DNA from: Alphaproteobacteria bacterium
GTDB taxonomy: Bacteria; Pseudomonadota; Alphaproteobacteria; UBA828
Direction: 5' to 3'
Length of the DNA stretch: 64,000 nucleotides
Assembly: GCA_022826665.1 (NCBI GenBank)
Contig: JAJDUK010000047.1
Span: 137,442-201,441 of the forward strand
The notes below the pieces were generated by a model, which was not told the DNA's origin, searched no databases, and saw nothing but the letters and a program-made list of their open reading frames with translations. A program made the position numbers and the translations under genes. Of this stretch, positions 32,209 through 40,548 are shown piece by piece. Position 1 is the stretch's first letter, and each line of letters starts with the position of its first letter.

Positions 32209-32598
32209 TCACTCGGCGCCGGTGGCTTCCTTGAGATAGGCGATCAGGTTGTCGCGGTCCTTTTCCTTCCTGACCCCCTTGAACGCCATCTTGTTCTTCG
32301 GAATGTAACCCTTGGGATCGGCAATATAGGCTCTGATCGTCTCCTCGTCCCAGACGATTGCCGCGTCCTTCATCGCGTCCGAGTATTTCTTGAAGCCCTC
32401 GGCCGTGCCCGAGGTGCGACCGAAGACGCCGTGGAGGTTCGGGCCGACCTTGTGTTTCCCGCCTTCCTTGACGGTGTGGCACACCTTGCACTTCTTGAAG
32501 ACCTTCTTGCCCTTCTTAACATCGGCGGCAATGGCGGAGGCGCTTGCCGCCATCATGAAGGTGGCGAGGGCAACGGCGAGGACGTGTCGTACGCGCAC
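32209..32598 (-). CDS. Class I cytochrome c (cytochrome c2-like)
   Basis: Signal peptide, [17 protein letters not shown] axial Met; AAGGAG RBS before GTG at 32598. Confidence 0.93.
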   Translation of the reverse strand: MRVRHVLAVALATFMMAASASAIAADVKKGKKVFKKCKVCHTVKEGGKHKVGPNLHGVFGRTSGTAEGFKKYSDAMKDAAIVWDEETIRAYIADPKGYIPKNKMAFKGVRKEKDRDNLIAYLKEATGAE

Positions 32599-32730
32599 GG
32601 GTATCTCCTTAGGTCTGGTCCCGATCATGCGGTGAACGCGCGAACATAAGCCGGGTCCGCACCCGCGATCAAGCAGGCCATGCAGCCGGTGGCGCGCTGT
32701 TCCGGGGAGTAGCGCGCCACTAGCAGGTGG

Positions 32731-34014
32731 CTACTGGACCCGATACTCCTCGTCGAGGAAGAAGCGGCTGTCATAGTCCTCGACGCCAAGGTGGCACTCC
32801 GCGCAGAAGACGACGTTCTTGGCGCCCTTGCCGCCGGTCGTGCCGATGGTCCGGCCGCTCGGCATGATCAGCGTGTAGCGCCAGTCGCCGGTATCAGCGT
32901 TGAAGCCGGCTTCCATCTTCTCCATCAGGAAGAGTGGCCCGGCGCCGATCTTGCCGTTGGGTTTGACGGTGAAGCTGTCCTTGGCCAGCACGGTTCCGAC
33001 GGGCGCAGGCCCCGCCTCTTCGAAGAGGCTGTAATTGTCGGCGCCGATGTCGTTGGCGTAGTTGTTGACGTAGCGCGCGCCGTGGGTATCGGAGACGTAA
33101 GGCTGGGCCGCGACATTCCGCCAGTTCAGGTAGGACGCCGCCCACTGATTGCCCGACTTGGCGTATCCCTCGGCCATGACCGCACTGATGCAGGCGTAGG
33201 CGTCTCGGGCCTCGTCCGCGGTCAGCTCGACCTCTTCGCCGGCCGCGCAGGGGTTGCATGGATTGCAGGCGCCGCACGGTGCGCAGGGATTGCACGGACC
33301 ACATGGATTGCACGGGTTACAGGGGCTGCACGGGTTCGCCGCTGCACATGGGTTGCAAGGACCGCACGGGTTGCACGGTGCGCAGGCAGCGGCGCATGGA
33401 TTGCACGGCTCGCACGGGCTGCAGGGACCGCATGGGTTGCATGCTGTGGCGCAAGGGTTGCAAGGCCCACAGGGATTGCAAGCACTCGCGCAGGGATTGC
33501 ATGGACCGCACGGAGCACATGGCCCGCAGGGGCTGCCGGCGGCAGCGAGGCGCGGAACCACGCAGTCCGAACTGATCGCAGCGCCTGCTACGCACGGGTT
33601 GCAGGCGCCGCACGGCCCGCAGGCGCCCGCACAGGGATTGCAAGGGTTGCACGGTCCGCAAGGGCCGCAGGCGCCCGCACAGGGGTTACAGGGGTTGCAT
33701 GCAGCTGCGCAGGGGTTGCACGGATCACATGGATTACACGGTCCGCAAGCACCACAAGCGGCGGCACAGGGGTTGCAGGGATTGCACGGCCCGCAAGGTC
33801 CGCAGGCGGCCGCGCACGGGTTGCACGGACTGCACGGTCCGCACGGATTGCAGGAGGCCAAGAGCAGCACGCCCGGATCCTGATGCTGCGGGGTCGCCGC
33901 CGGGCTTTCGCCGGTGGATGTACCGGCCGTGGCGTGGCCGCCACTGGTGGCGACCGCGAGCCCGATGACCACAGGGACCACTGTTCCGGCAAGCAAGGTG
34001 TTCGAGCGTGGCAT
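32731..34014 (-). CDS. Secreted cytochrome P460-family protein with N-terminal (Cys-X-Pro)n repeat region
   Basis: GGGAGG RBS, hydrophobic leader, 202-aa Cys-rich region, then [29 protein letters not shown] and C-terminal CAECH. Confidence 0.82.
   Translation of the reverse strand: MPRSNTLLAGTVVPVVIGLAVATSGGHATAGTSTGESPAATPQHQDPGVLLLASCNPCGPCSPCNPCAAACGPCGPCNPCNPCAAACGACGPCNPCDPCNPCAAACNPCNPCAGACGPCGPCNPCNPCAGACGPCGACNPCVAGAAISSDCVVPRLAAAGSPCGPCAPCGPCNPCASACNPCGPCNPCATACNPCGPCSPCEPCNPCAAACAPCNPCGPCNPCAAANPCSPCNPCNPCGPCNPCAPCGACNPCNPCAAGEEVELTADEARDAYACISAVMAEGYAKSGNQWAASYLNWRNVAAQPYVSDTHGARYVNNYANDIGADNYSLFEEAGPAPVGTVLAKDSFTVKPNGKIGAGPLFLMEKMEAGFNADTGDWRYTLIMPSGRTIGTTGGKGAKNVVFCAECHLGVEDYDSRFFLDEEYRVQ
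33247..33852 (-). repeat. Coding 9-bp-period repeat encoding (C-N/G/S/A/D/E-P)n
   Basis: 59 Cys in 202 codons by hand count; two blocks separated by [19 protein letters not shown]. Confidence 0.95.
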
Positions 34015-34146
34015 GTCGGGCCTCCCTTGATGGCGTGATGACGGCACTCTGAGCGAATTGTCGGCGAGCGCATGGTGCGGGGCAAACCCCTTCGACTCAA
34101 ATTTTTGTGATTCCCGTGCCGGGTGAGCGGCAGCTAGGCTGCTGCA

Positions 34147-35022
34147 ATGGTTTTCTCCCGCGCACTCCTTGCGGTCTGTCTCGCGACCTGCGGCCTGGTC
34201 CTCGGGGGCGCTTCATATGCTGGTTCGGTGCCAGTTCCAGTCCTGGCGGAGGTCCCGACCGGCCCCTTCATCGCGGGCTCCGACGCGGCCGAGCGGGAAT
34301 ACGCCTACCAGCTCGACGAGGCGGCCTACGGCCACTCCCGAACGCGGGAACGCGGCTGGTACGACCGCGAGCGCCCGCGCGGGACCAAGACCCTTGATGG
34401 CTTTTTCATCACGCGCACGCTGATCACCAATGCCCAGTACGCGGCTTTCGTGGATGCCACGGGCCACCGCGTGCCCGATGTCGATCCCGAGACCTGGCGC
34501 GGCTACCGGCTGATCCACCCCTACGAGCGCACCCGCCGCCACGCGTGGACGGAGGGAGTTCCGCCGCCTGGGCGCGAAAACCATCCCGTGGTCATGGTCT
34601 CGCACGACGACGCCAATGCCTACGCGGCCTGGCTCTCGGCCGAGACCGGGCGCACCTGGCGGCTCCCCACCGAGCTCGAATGGGAGAAGGCCGCGCGCGG
34701 CACAGACGGCCGCATCTTCCCCTGGGGCGATACGTTCGACCCGGCGCTGCTCAACAGCCATGATTCCGGTCCCTTCGACACGCTGCCGGTCGGCAGCTTT
34801 CGCGCCGGTGCAAGCCCTTACGGCCTGCTGGATCCGGCAGGCATGGCCTTTGAGTGGACCGCCTCGCCCGGCAATCCGGGGCGCTTCCTCGTCAAGGGCG
34901 GATCATGGGACGACAGCGGCTGCGGCATCTGCCGCCCTGCGGCGCGTCACGGTCGGCCGGCGGACATCAAGCACATCCTCGTCGGCTTCCGCCTCGTCGT
35001 CGATCCGGGCGCGGGGGGTTAG
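34147..35022 (+). CDS. Secreted FGE-sulfatase/SUMF1-fold protein
   Basis: Signal peptide; [41 protein letters not shown]. Confidence 0.88.
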   Translation: MVFSRALLAVCLATCGLVLGGASYAGSVPVPVLAEVPTGPFIAGSDAAEREYAYQLDEAAYGHSRTRERGWYDRERPRGTKTLDGFFITRTLITNAQYAAFVDATGHRVPDVDPETWRGYRLIHPYERTRRHAWTEGVPPPGRENHPVVMVSHDDANAYAAWLSAETGRTWRLPTELEWEKAARGTDGRIFPWGDTFDPALLNSHDSGPFDTLPVGSFRAGASPYGLLDPAGMAFEWTASPGNPGRFLVKGGSWDDSGCGICRPAARHGRPADIKHILVGFRLVVDPGAGG

Positions 35023-35104
35023 CCTCCTCGGTCTGGCAAGAGCAAGCCCGCGGCACTATCTTTTCCTGGCGGAACGGCCAGCGAACGGGCGACAGAGCGG
35101 CAGA

Positions 35105-35866
35105 ATGGCCCAGGCTTCAGCGGCGAAGAGCGAGCGGCAGGAGGAGACCCGCCACCTCGACATGGCGACACAGCCGGTGAAGCGGCTGCGCATGATGCTC
35201 GCCGCCGGCGAGGAGGTGCAGGAGGTCGAGCGGGTGCTCGGCAGGACCGGCGATAATGTGGTGAGCGAGCTGCTGCGCGGGCGCGGGACGTTCTACGAGT
35301 GGGACCATTACCCGAAAGGGGACGTCTTCGACGGTCAGAGCCACTCCCAGTATTTCTACCACGCCCATCCCGGCGGCTTCCGGGACACCGAGCACGGCCA
35401 CTTCCACACCTTCGTGCGCGCCAAAGGGATGCCGCGCGGCATGAAGCCCATGCGCCGCAAGAAGCGCGACAAGTGGCCCATGGGGGACAAAGCGCTCACC
35501 CACGTCGTCGCCATCTCGATGGGGTCGAAGGGTCAGCCTCTCAGGCTTTTCACCACCAACCGCTGGGTCACTGGCGAGACCTGGTATCGAGCCGATGACG
35601 TGGCAAAGGTGATCGGCCGCTTCGTCATCGACCACGCCCGCCCGTCATGGCCGACCAACCGCTGGGTCGGCGCCATGATCCGCCTCTTCTGGCCGCAGAT
35701 CATCCTGCTGGTCAAGGCGCGTGATCAGGTGATCGAGAACTGGGCTGCCCAGAATCCGAAGAAAGATACCCTCGAGGATCGTCGCCTCGAGGTCGTCTCG
35801 CAGGCCGAGGTGGATATCGAGGCCCAGATTGCCGCTATCAAGGCGGCCCTTGCCGAGAGAACCTAA
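35105..35866 (+). CDS. His-rich hypothetical protein, DUF6969-like
   Basis: WDHYPKGDVFD, SQYFYHAH, EHGHFHTF, THVVAISM, LFTTNRWVTGETW; family name from memory; start 35105 or 35162. Confidence 0.65.
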   Translation: MAQASAAKSERQEETRHLDMATQPVKRLRMMLAAGEEVQEVERVLGRTGDNVVSELLRGRGTFYEWDHYPKGDVFDGQSHSQYFYHAHPGGFRDTEHGHFHTFVRAKGMPRGMKPMRRKKRDKWPMGDKALTHVVAISMGSKGQPLRLFTTNRWVTGETWYRADDVAKVIGRFVIDHARPSWPTNRWVGAMIRLFWPQIILLVKARDQVIENWAAQNPKKDTLEDRRLEVVSQAEVDIEAQIAAIKAALAERT

Positions 35867-35914
35867 GGCGCAGCCGACCCCCCGCTGTCACGGCTCCCGT
35901 ACCGCGATAAAGAA

Positions 35915-35936
35915 CGCCGCCTCTCCCGAGGCGGCG
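35915..35936 (-). terminator. Intrinsic terminator of the small Cys-repeat gene (possibly bidirectional)
   Basis: CGCCGCCTC-TCCC-GAGGCGGCG 9-bp stem followed on the minus strand by TTCTTT. Confidence 0.75.
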
Positions 35937-35967
35937 CCTTTGGATAATGTTGTCGTTACCCTTGAGC

Positions 35968-36324
35968 TTACTCGGCAGCACACGGGTTGCAAGCCTCGCA
36001 CGGATTGCAAGCCTCGCAAGGGTTGCAGGCATCCGCCACGACGATGCGCTCGTCCAAGGAAGACTCGCACGGGTTGCAAGCCTCGCACGGATTGCAAGCC
36101 TCGCAAGGGTTGCAGGCATCCGCGACGACGATGCCCTCATCCAAGGAAGATTCGCATGGGTTGCAAGCCTCGCACGGGTTACAAGCCCCGCACGGGTTGC
36201 ACGGATCCTCGTGCGAGTCCGCAACGACGATCGGCTGCTCCCCAGCGGACACGGCCGACGGCGCAAGAGCGGCGCCGGCCGCCATGGTAACGATACTCAC
36301 GGCGACCACTGTTTCCTTGATCAT
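35968..36324 (-). CDS. Small secreted protein with three Cys-rich CNPC cassettes
   Basis: GGAGGA RBS, ATG at 36324, Sec-type signal (…PSAVSA), 18 Cys in three cassettes, own terminator. Confidence 0.85.
   Translation of the reverse strand: MIKETVVAVSIVTMAAGAALAPSAVSAGEQPIVVADSHEDPCNPCGACNPCEACNPCESSLDEGIVVADACNPCEACNPCEACNPCESSLDERIVVADACNPCEACNPCEACNPCAAE
35980..36231 (-). repeat. 87-bp tandem repeat (about 3 copies) containing an 18-bp sub-repeat
   Basis: Units start at 35981, 36068 and 36155; unit encodes [28 protein letters not shown](G/R). Confidence 0.95.
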
Positions 36325-36494
36325 TTTCGTAGTCTCCTCCTCGCAGACGCGAATTTGATTGGTTTGAATTGGGGCTTCGCGCCGCCTCGGCGGGTTGTCG
36401 AACCATACGAAGCCCACGCCATTGTGGTGTATATCGGCGGCGAGCAAAAGTGCTTTCGTTTCGATGACGGGAATGTGAGCGACGGGGACGGCCG

Positions 36495-37271
36495 ATGCCG
36501 GTCGCGAGCAGCGAAGATTACGCGAGGCTGGCTGCCACCGCGCGGCAATTGGCGCTGGAGGCCGGGCGGACGATCATGGCCTTCTACCGCGACGGCACGC
36601 CGGTCGAGACGAAGGCCGATTCCACACCCGTGACCGAGGCGGACCGGGCGGCGGATCGCCTCATCGTCGCGGGCTTGCAGGCCGCGACTCCCGACATCCC
36701 CGTGATTTCCGAGGAGAGCACAAGCACCGGCCTGCCACCCGCCGGCGGGCGCTTCTGGCTCGTCGATCCGCTTGATGGTACCAGAGACTTCATCGCTCGC
36801 ACCGGCGAGTTCACGATCAACATCGCTTTGATCGAAGGTGGCCGTCCGGTGCTCGGCGTGCTCCACGCCCCGGTCCAGGATGAGACCTATGTCGCCGACG
36901 GACTGGGGCAGGCGGTGCGCATGGTAGGCGACGGCCCGCCGCAGGCGATCCGGGCGCGTCCGGTGCCTGCCAGGGGCCCTGCGGTCATCGCCAGCCGCCT
37001 ACACCGTGACGCCGAGACCGACGCCTATATCGCGGGACTCGAACCTGCGCGGATCGAGAGCGCGGGGAGCGCCCTGAAATTCGGGCTGCTCGCGCGGGGC
37101 GCGGCCGATGTGTACCCCCGCTTTGGCCGCACCATGGAGTGGGACACCGCCGCCGGCCAGGCGATCCTCACGGCGGCGGGAGGTCATGTCCGCGACCTGC
37201 AGGGCCATGAGCTGCGCTATGGCAAGGCGGACTTCGTGAATCCATCCTTCGTCGCCTGCGGCGTGGATTAG
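36495..37271 (+). CDS. cysQ: 3'(2'),5'-bisphosphate nucleotidase
   Basis: [42 protein letters not shown]. Confidence 0.93.
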   Translation: MPVASSEDYARLAATARQLALEAGRTIMAFYRDGTPVETKADSTPVTEADRAADRLIVAGLQAATPDIPVISEESTSTGLPPAGGRFWLVDPLDGTRDFIARTGEFTINIALIEGGRPVLGVLHAPVQDETYVADGLGQAVRMVGDGPPQAIRARPVPARGPAVIASRLHRDAETDAYIAGLEPARIESAGSALKFGLLARGAADVYPRFGRTMEWDTAAGQAILTAAGGHVRDLQGHELRYGKADFVNPSFVACGVD

Positions 37272-37275
37272 GGAC

Positions 37276-37935
37276 GTGTTGCCCGACGCCATAACCGGTC
37301 CTCCGTGCCTTGAGCCGACACAGGAGGTCATCGCGCAGGCCGCGCGGGTGATCAAAGACGGCGGGCTCGTCGGGCTGCCCACCGACACGGTCTACGGCCT
37401 CGCCGCCGACGCGACCTCCGATGCGGCCGTGGAAGGCGTCTTTCGCGCCAAGGGCAGGCCGGCCGACATGCCGCTCATCGCCCTCATCGCCACGATGGCG
37501 ATGGCCGAAGCATGTGGCGAATTCTCTGCGTCGGCCCTGGCGCTGGCGGAGGAATTCTGGCCGGGCCCGCTGACCCTGGTGCTGCCGCGCGCTGTGGGCT
37601 CGCCCCTCTCGCCGCTGGTCCACCAAGGCGCGCCCGGCGTCTCGCTGCGGATTCCCGGCAACGACACCGCACGTGCCGTGGTCGAAGCCGCTGGGCGGCC
37701 GTTGACGGCGCCGAGCGCCAACCCCTCGGGCGCGCCGAGCCCGCTTACCGCCGCCGAGGTCGCGGCCGGCCTCGGATCGCACGTCGCTCTGATCGTCGAC
37801 GGCGGCCGCGCCGCCGACAGCCTCGGCTCGACCCTGCTCGACCTGACCGGAGAGTCCGCCCGCCTGCTCCGCGCCGGCGTCGTCACCGCCGAGGCCATCG
37901 AGCGCGTGATCGGACCTATCGTTCGCGCGGACTGA
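37276..37935 (+). CDS. tsaC: L-threonylcarbamoyladenylate synthase (YrdC/TsaC domain only)
   Basis: PTDTVYGL, KGRP, WPGPLT, APSAN, ST. Confidence 0.85.
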   Translation: MLPDAITGPPCLEPTQEVIAQAARVIKDGGLVGLPTDTVYGLAADATSDAAVEGVFRAKGRPADMPLIALIATMAMAEACGEFSASALALAEEFWPGPLTLVLPRAVGSPLSPLVHQGAPGVSLRIPGNDTARAVVEAAGRPLTAPSANPSGAPSPLTAAEVAAGLGSHVALIVDGGRAADSLGSTLLDLTGESARLLRAGVVTAEAIERVIGPIVRAD

Positions 37936-38821
37936 GAACCTGCGTTAGGCCGAGGGTGCCGCTGCCCCGGCGCGCGGGCTGTTGCTGGGATTCGTGGGGC
38001 CGCCAGCCGGTGAGGTAGAGCACCTGGAAGGTGGCCGGGATGCGCCCGTCCGCACCGCCGAAGGTCTCCCGGTAACGATCGGCGGCGGCACGGAACGTAG
38101 CCCGTCGGGCAAAGTGCCGAGCCCGCCCGCTGGCGGCGTTGGCCTCGCCCATGGCGCGGAGGTCGTGCATCAGCGCCTCGGCACTCTCGTAGGTGACAGT
38201 GATCCGGTCGCTGTCGACCACCGGCAGCGCGAAACCGGTCCGCTGCAGCAGGGCACCGAGGGTCTGGACGTCGGGGAAGGGCGAGACGTGCGGCCGCGCG
38301 CCGCCTTCCTGCCCCGCTTCCGCTTGCAGGAACGCCTCGCGCAGCTCGAACAGGGTCTCGCCGCCCAGCATCGCCGCGAGCAGCAGGCCGTCCGGCCTGA
38401 GCGCCTGCCTGATCTGGACCAGCGCCCCCGGCAGGTCGTTCACCCAGTGCAGGCTGAGCGCGCTCACCACGAGATCGAGCGAGTCCGCGCGGATCGGCAG
38501 CCACTCTTCGTCGGCGACCAGGCGCGCGGGGCTCGTGGCGCATGCCACCATGGCCGGCGAGAGGTCTGCCTCGATGAGCAGGTCGGGCGCGGTCTGCCGG
38601 CGCAGCATCGGGCCAAGCTGCCCGCTGTGGCAGCCGAGGTCGAGCACGCGGTCGAAGCGGCGCTTGACGTCATCCAGCCGGCCCACCAGCCGCTCGCCCA
38701 CCTCGCGAACCAGGAAGTCACCACGCCCCGCGAAGCCGGCAGCGGCGCGGTCGCGGTGGGCGCGCACGGCAGCACGGTCGAAGACCGCGGCGCCGTCAGG
38801 CTGAGCCGCGCGCTGGGTCAT
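37916..38821 (-). CDS. SAM-dependent methyltransferase (BioC/NDUFAF5-like)
   Basis: FDR, LDLGC, LHWVNDLPG, GETLFELR, ALPVVD, DLRAMGE. Confidence 0.88.
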   Translation of the reverse strand: MTQRAAQPDGAAVFDRAAVRAHRDRAAAGFAGRGDFLVREVGERLVGRLDDVKRRFDRVLDLGCHSGQLGPMLRRQTAPDLLIEADLSPAMVACATSPARLVADEEWLPIRADSLDLVVSALSLHWVNDLPGALVQIRQALRPDGLLLAAMLGGETLFELREAFLQAEAGQEGGARPHVSPFPDVQTLGALLQRTGFALPVVDSDRITVTYESAEALMHDLRAMGEANAASGRARHFARRATFRAAADRYRETFGGADGRIPATFQVLYLTGWRPHESQQQPARRGSGTLGLTQVLSPRER

Positions 38822-38836
38822 GCCGTCGGTTATGGC

Positions 38837-39646
38837 ATGATGGACCGGAGGCTGGAAGCGCAGGCGGGAGTCGGGCTAGTGCTGAGCGGAGCGCAGATAG
38901 GGCCATTGACGGCGCTGGCGCGGGTGGCCGCGACGAACGCCGTCGATCTCGTCTTGCCGCCCTCGTGCCTCGCCTGCCATGCGCCCGTGAGCGAGGCCGG
39001 TGGGCTCTGCCCCGACTGCTGGAGCCGTATCAGCTTCATCGGCCGGCCCTGCTGTGCGCGCTGCGGTCTGCCGTTCGCGATCGAGGCGGCTCCCGACGCG
39101 ATCTGCGGCGACTGCGCTCGCGTGCCGCCCGTCTTCGACCGGGCGCGCGCGGCGTTTCTCTACGAGGGCGCCGGGCGCGAGCTGATTCTCGCCTTCAAGA
39201 TGGCCGATCGCTCGTGGCTCGCGCCCAGGCTGGCCACGTGGCTGCAGCGCGCGGCCGCGCCGCTGCTGCCTGAGGCGGACGTGGTGGTGCCGGTGCCGCT
39301 CCATCGCTGGCGGCTGCTGGCGCGGCGATTCAACCAGGCGGCGGTGCTCGCCCGGCTCATGGCGCGCGAGGCGGATGTTGCGATGGTCCCGGACCTCCTG
39401 GTGCGGACGCGGCGGACCGCGACGCAGACCCGGCTCTCGCGCGTCGAGCGGCGGCGCAACGTGCGGGGCGCGTTCGCGGTGCGGCGCTCACGCGCGCCGC
39501 TGGTTGCCGGGCGCAATGTCCTCCTGGTGGACGACGTCATGACCACCGGTGCCACCGTCTCGGCCTGTGCCCGTGCGCTGCGCAAAGTGGGCGCTGCGCG
39601 GGTCGATGTGACCACTCTTGCGCGCGCCTTGCCGAGCCGTCCATGA
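38837..39646 (+). CDS. comF: ComF-family protein (double zinc ribbon + phosphoribosyltransferase)
   Basis: Four CxxC, VPVPLH, RRFNQA, LVDDVMTTGAT; start approximate. Confidence 0.88.
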   Translation: MMDRRLEAQAGVGLVLSGAQIGPLTALARVAATNAVDLVLPPSCLACHAPVSEAGGLCPDCWSRISFIGRPCCARCGLPFAIEAAPDAICGDCARVPPVFDRARAAFLYEGAGRELILAFKMADRSWLAPRLATWLQRAAAPLLPEADVVVPVPLHRWRLLARRFNQAAVLARLMAREADVAMVPDLLVRTRRTATQTRLSRVERRRNVRGAFAVRRSRAPLVAGRNVLLVDDVMTTGATVSACARALRKVGAARVDVTTLARALPSRP

Positions 39647-39677
39647 TGCCGGCCTGCACCGAGCATTGGGGGACACC

Positions 39678-40538
39678 ATGACCGAAACCCTTCGGGTCGC
39701 CTGCGTCCAGCCCTCCAGCGGCCAGGACATGCAGGCCAACCTCGACGCGGCCGGCGCGCTGGTGCGCGAGGCCCGCGCCGCCGGCGCAGAGCTGATCGCG
39801 CTGCCCGAGAATGTCGCGCTCATGGAGCACCGGACGGAGCTGGTGCAGGCGAGCGCCCGCCCGCTCGACGCCCATCCGGCGGCGCGGTTCTTCAGCGCGC
39901 TCGCGGAGGAGCTGGAGGTTTGGCTGCTCGCAGGCTCGATGGGGGCGGACGCCGGCGACGGCCGGATCGCCAACCGCTCGGTGCTGATCGACCCCGCGGG
40001 CCAGATCGTCGCGACCTACGACAAGATCCATATGTTCGACGTGGACCTGCCCAACGGCGAGGTCTACCGCGAGAGCGACGCTTTCCGCCCCGGCGGGCAG
40101 GCGGTGGTGGCGGAGACACCCTGGGGCGGCCTCGGCATGACCGTCTGCTACGACCTGCGCTTTCCCCAGCTTTACCGGGCGCTGGCCCACGCAGGCGTCC
40201 GGCTGATTACCGTGCCGGCAGCCTTCACCAAGCACACCGGAGAGGCGCACTGGCACATCCTGATGCGGGCGCGCGCCATCGAGAGCGGCTGCTTCGTCAT
40301 CGCGCCCTGCATGTGGGGTAGCCACTCCGGCGACCGCAAGACCTACGGTCATTCGCTGATCGTCGATCCCTGGGGCGAGGTGCTGGCCGATGCCGGCAAG
40401 GGCGTCGGCATCATCACGGCCGATCTCGAGCTTGCGCGCGTGGAGAAGGTGCGCGCCGCCATCCCGGCGCTGGCGCACGACCGCGCCTTCTCGCCGCCGG
40501 CCGGTTCGGAACAGGAACTCCGCCGCGCCGCCGGCTGA
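39678..40538 (+). CDS. Carbon-nitrogen hydrolase (Nit1-like)
   Basis: LPE, YDKIHMFDV, CYDLRFP, TGEAHW, RARAIE, YGHS. Confidence 0.92.
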   Translation: MTETLRVACVQPSSGQDMQANLDAAGALVREARAAGAELIALPENVALMEHRTELVQASARPLDAHPAARFFSALAEELEVWLLAGSMGADAGDGRIANRSVLIDPAGQIVATYDKIHMFDVDLPNGEVYRESDAFRPGGQAVVAETPWGGLGMTVCYDLRFPQLYRALAHAGVRLITVPAAFTKHTGEAHWHILMRARAIESGCFVIAPCMWGSHSGDRKTYGHSLIVDPWGEVLADAGKGVGIITADLELARVEKVRAAIPALAHDRAFSPPAGSEQELRRAAG

Positions 40539-40548
40539 CGCTCGAGGA

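Noticed and set aside
33247-33852. Multiheme cytochrome or ferredoxin reading of the many CxxC motifs
   Set aside because: No CxxCH occurs in the repeat, and the uninterrupted Pro-rich triplets lack ferredoxin fold context. Fe-S binding is not excluded but is not supported.
33254-33883. Plus-strand ORF of HGLQ/HGPQ repeats (and 35987-36358, ASHGLQ repeats)
   Set aside because: These are antisense shadows of the Cys repeats. The minus-strand frames have the RBS, signal peptides, a recognisable domain and a terminator.
34015-36480. Shared TCACA…CGAA ECF-like promoter upstream of both Cys-repeat genes
   Set aside because: Spacing differs between the two sites (11 versus 10 or 15 bp) and the match is too short to support.
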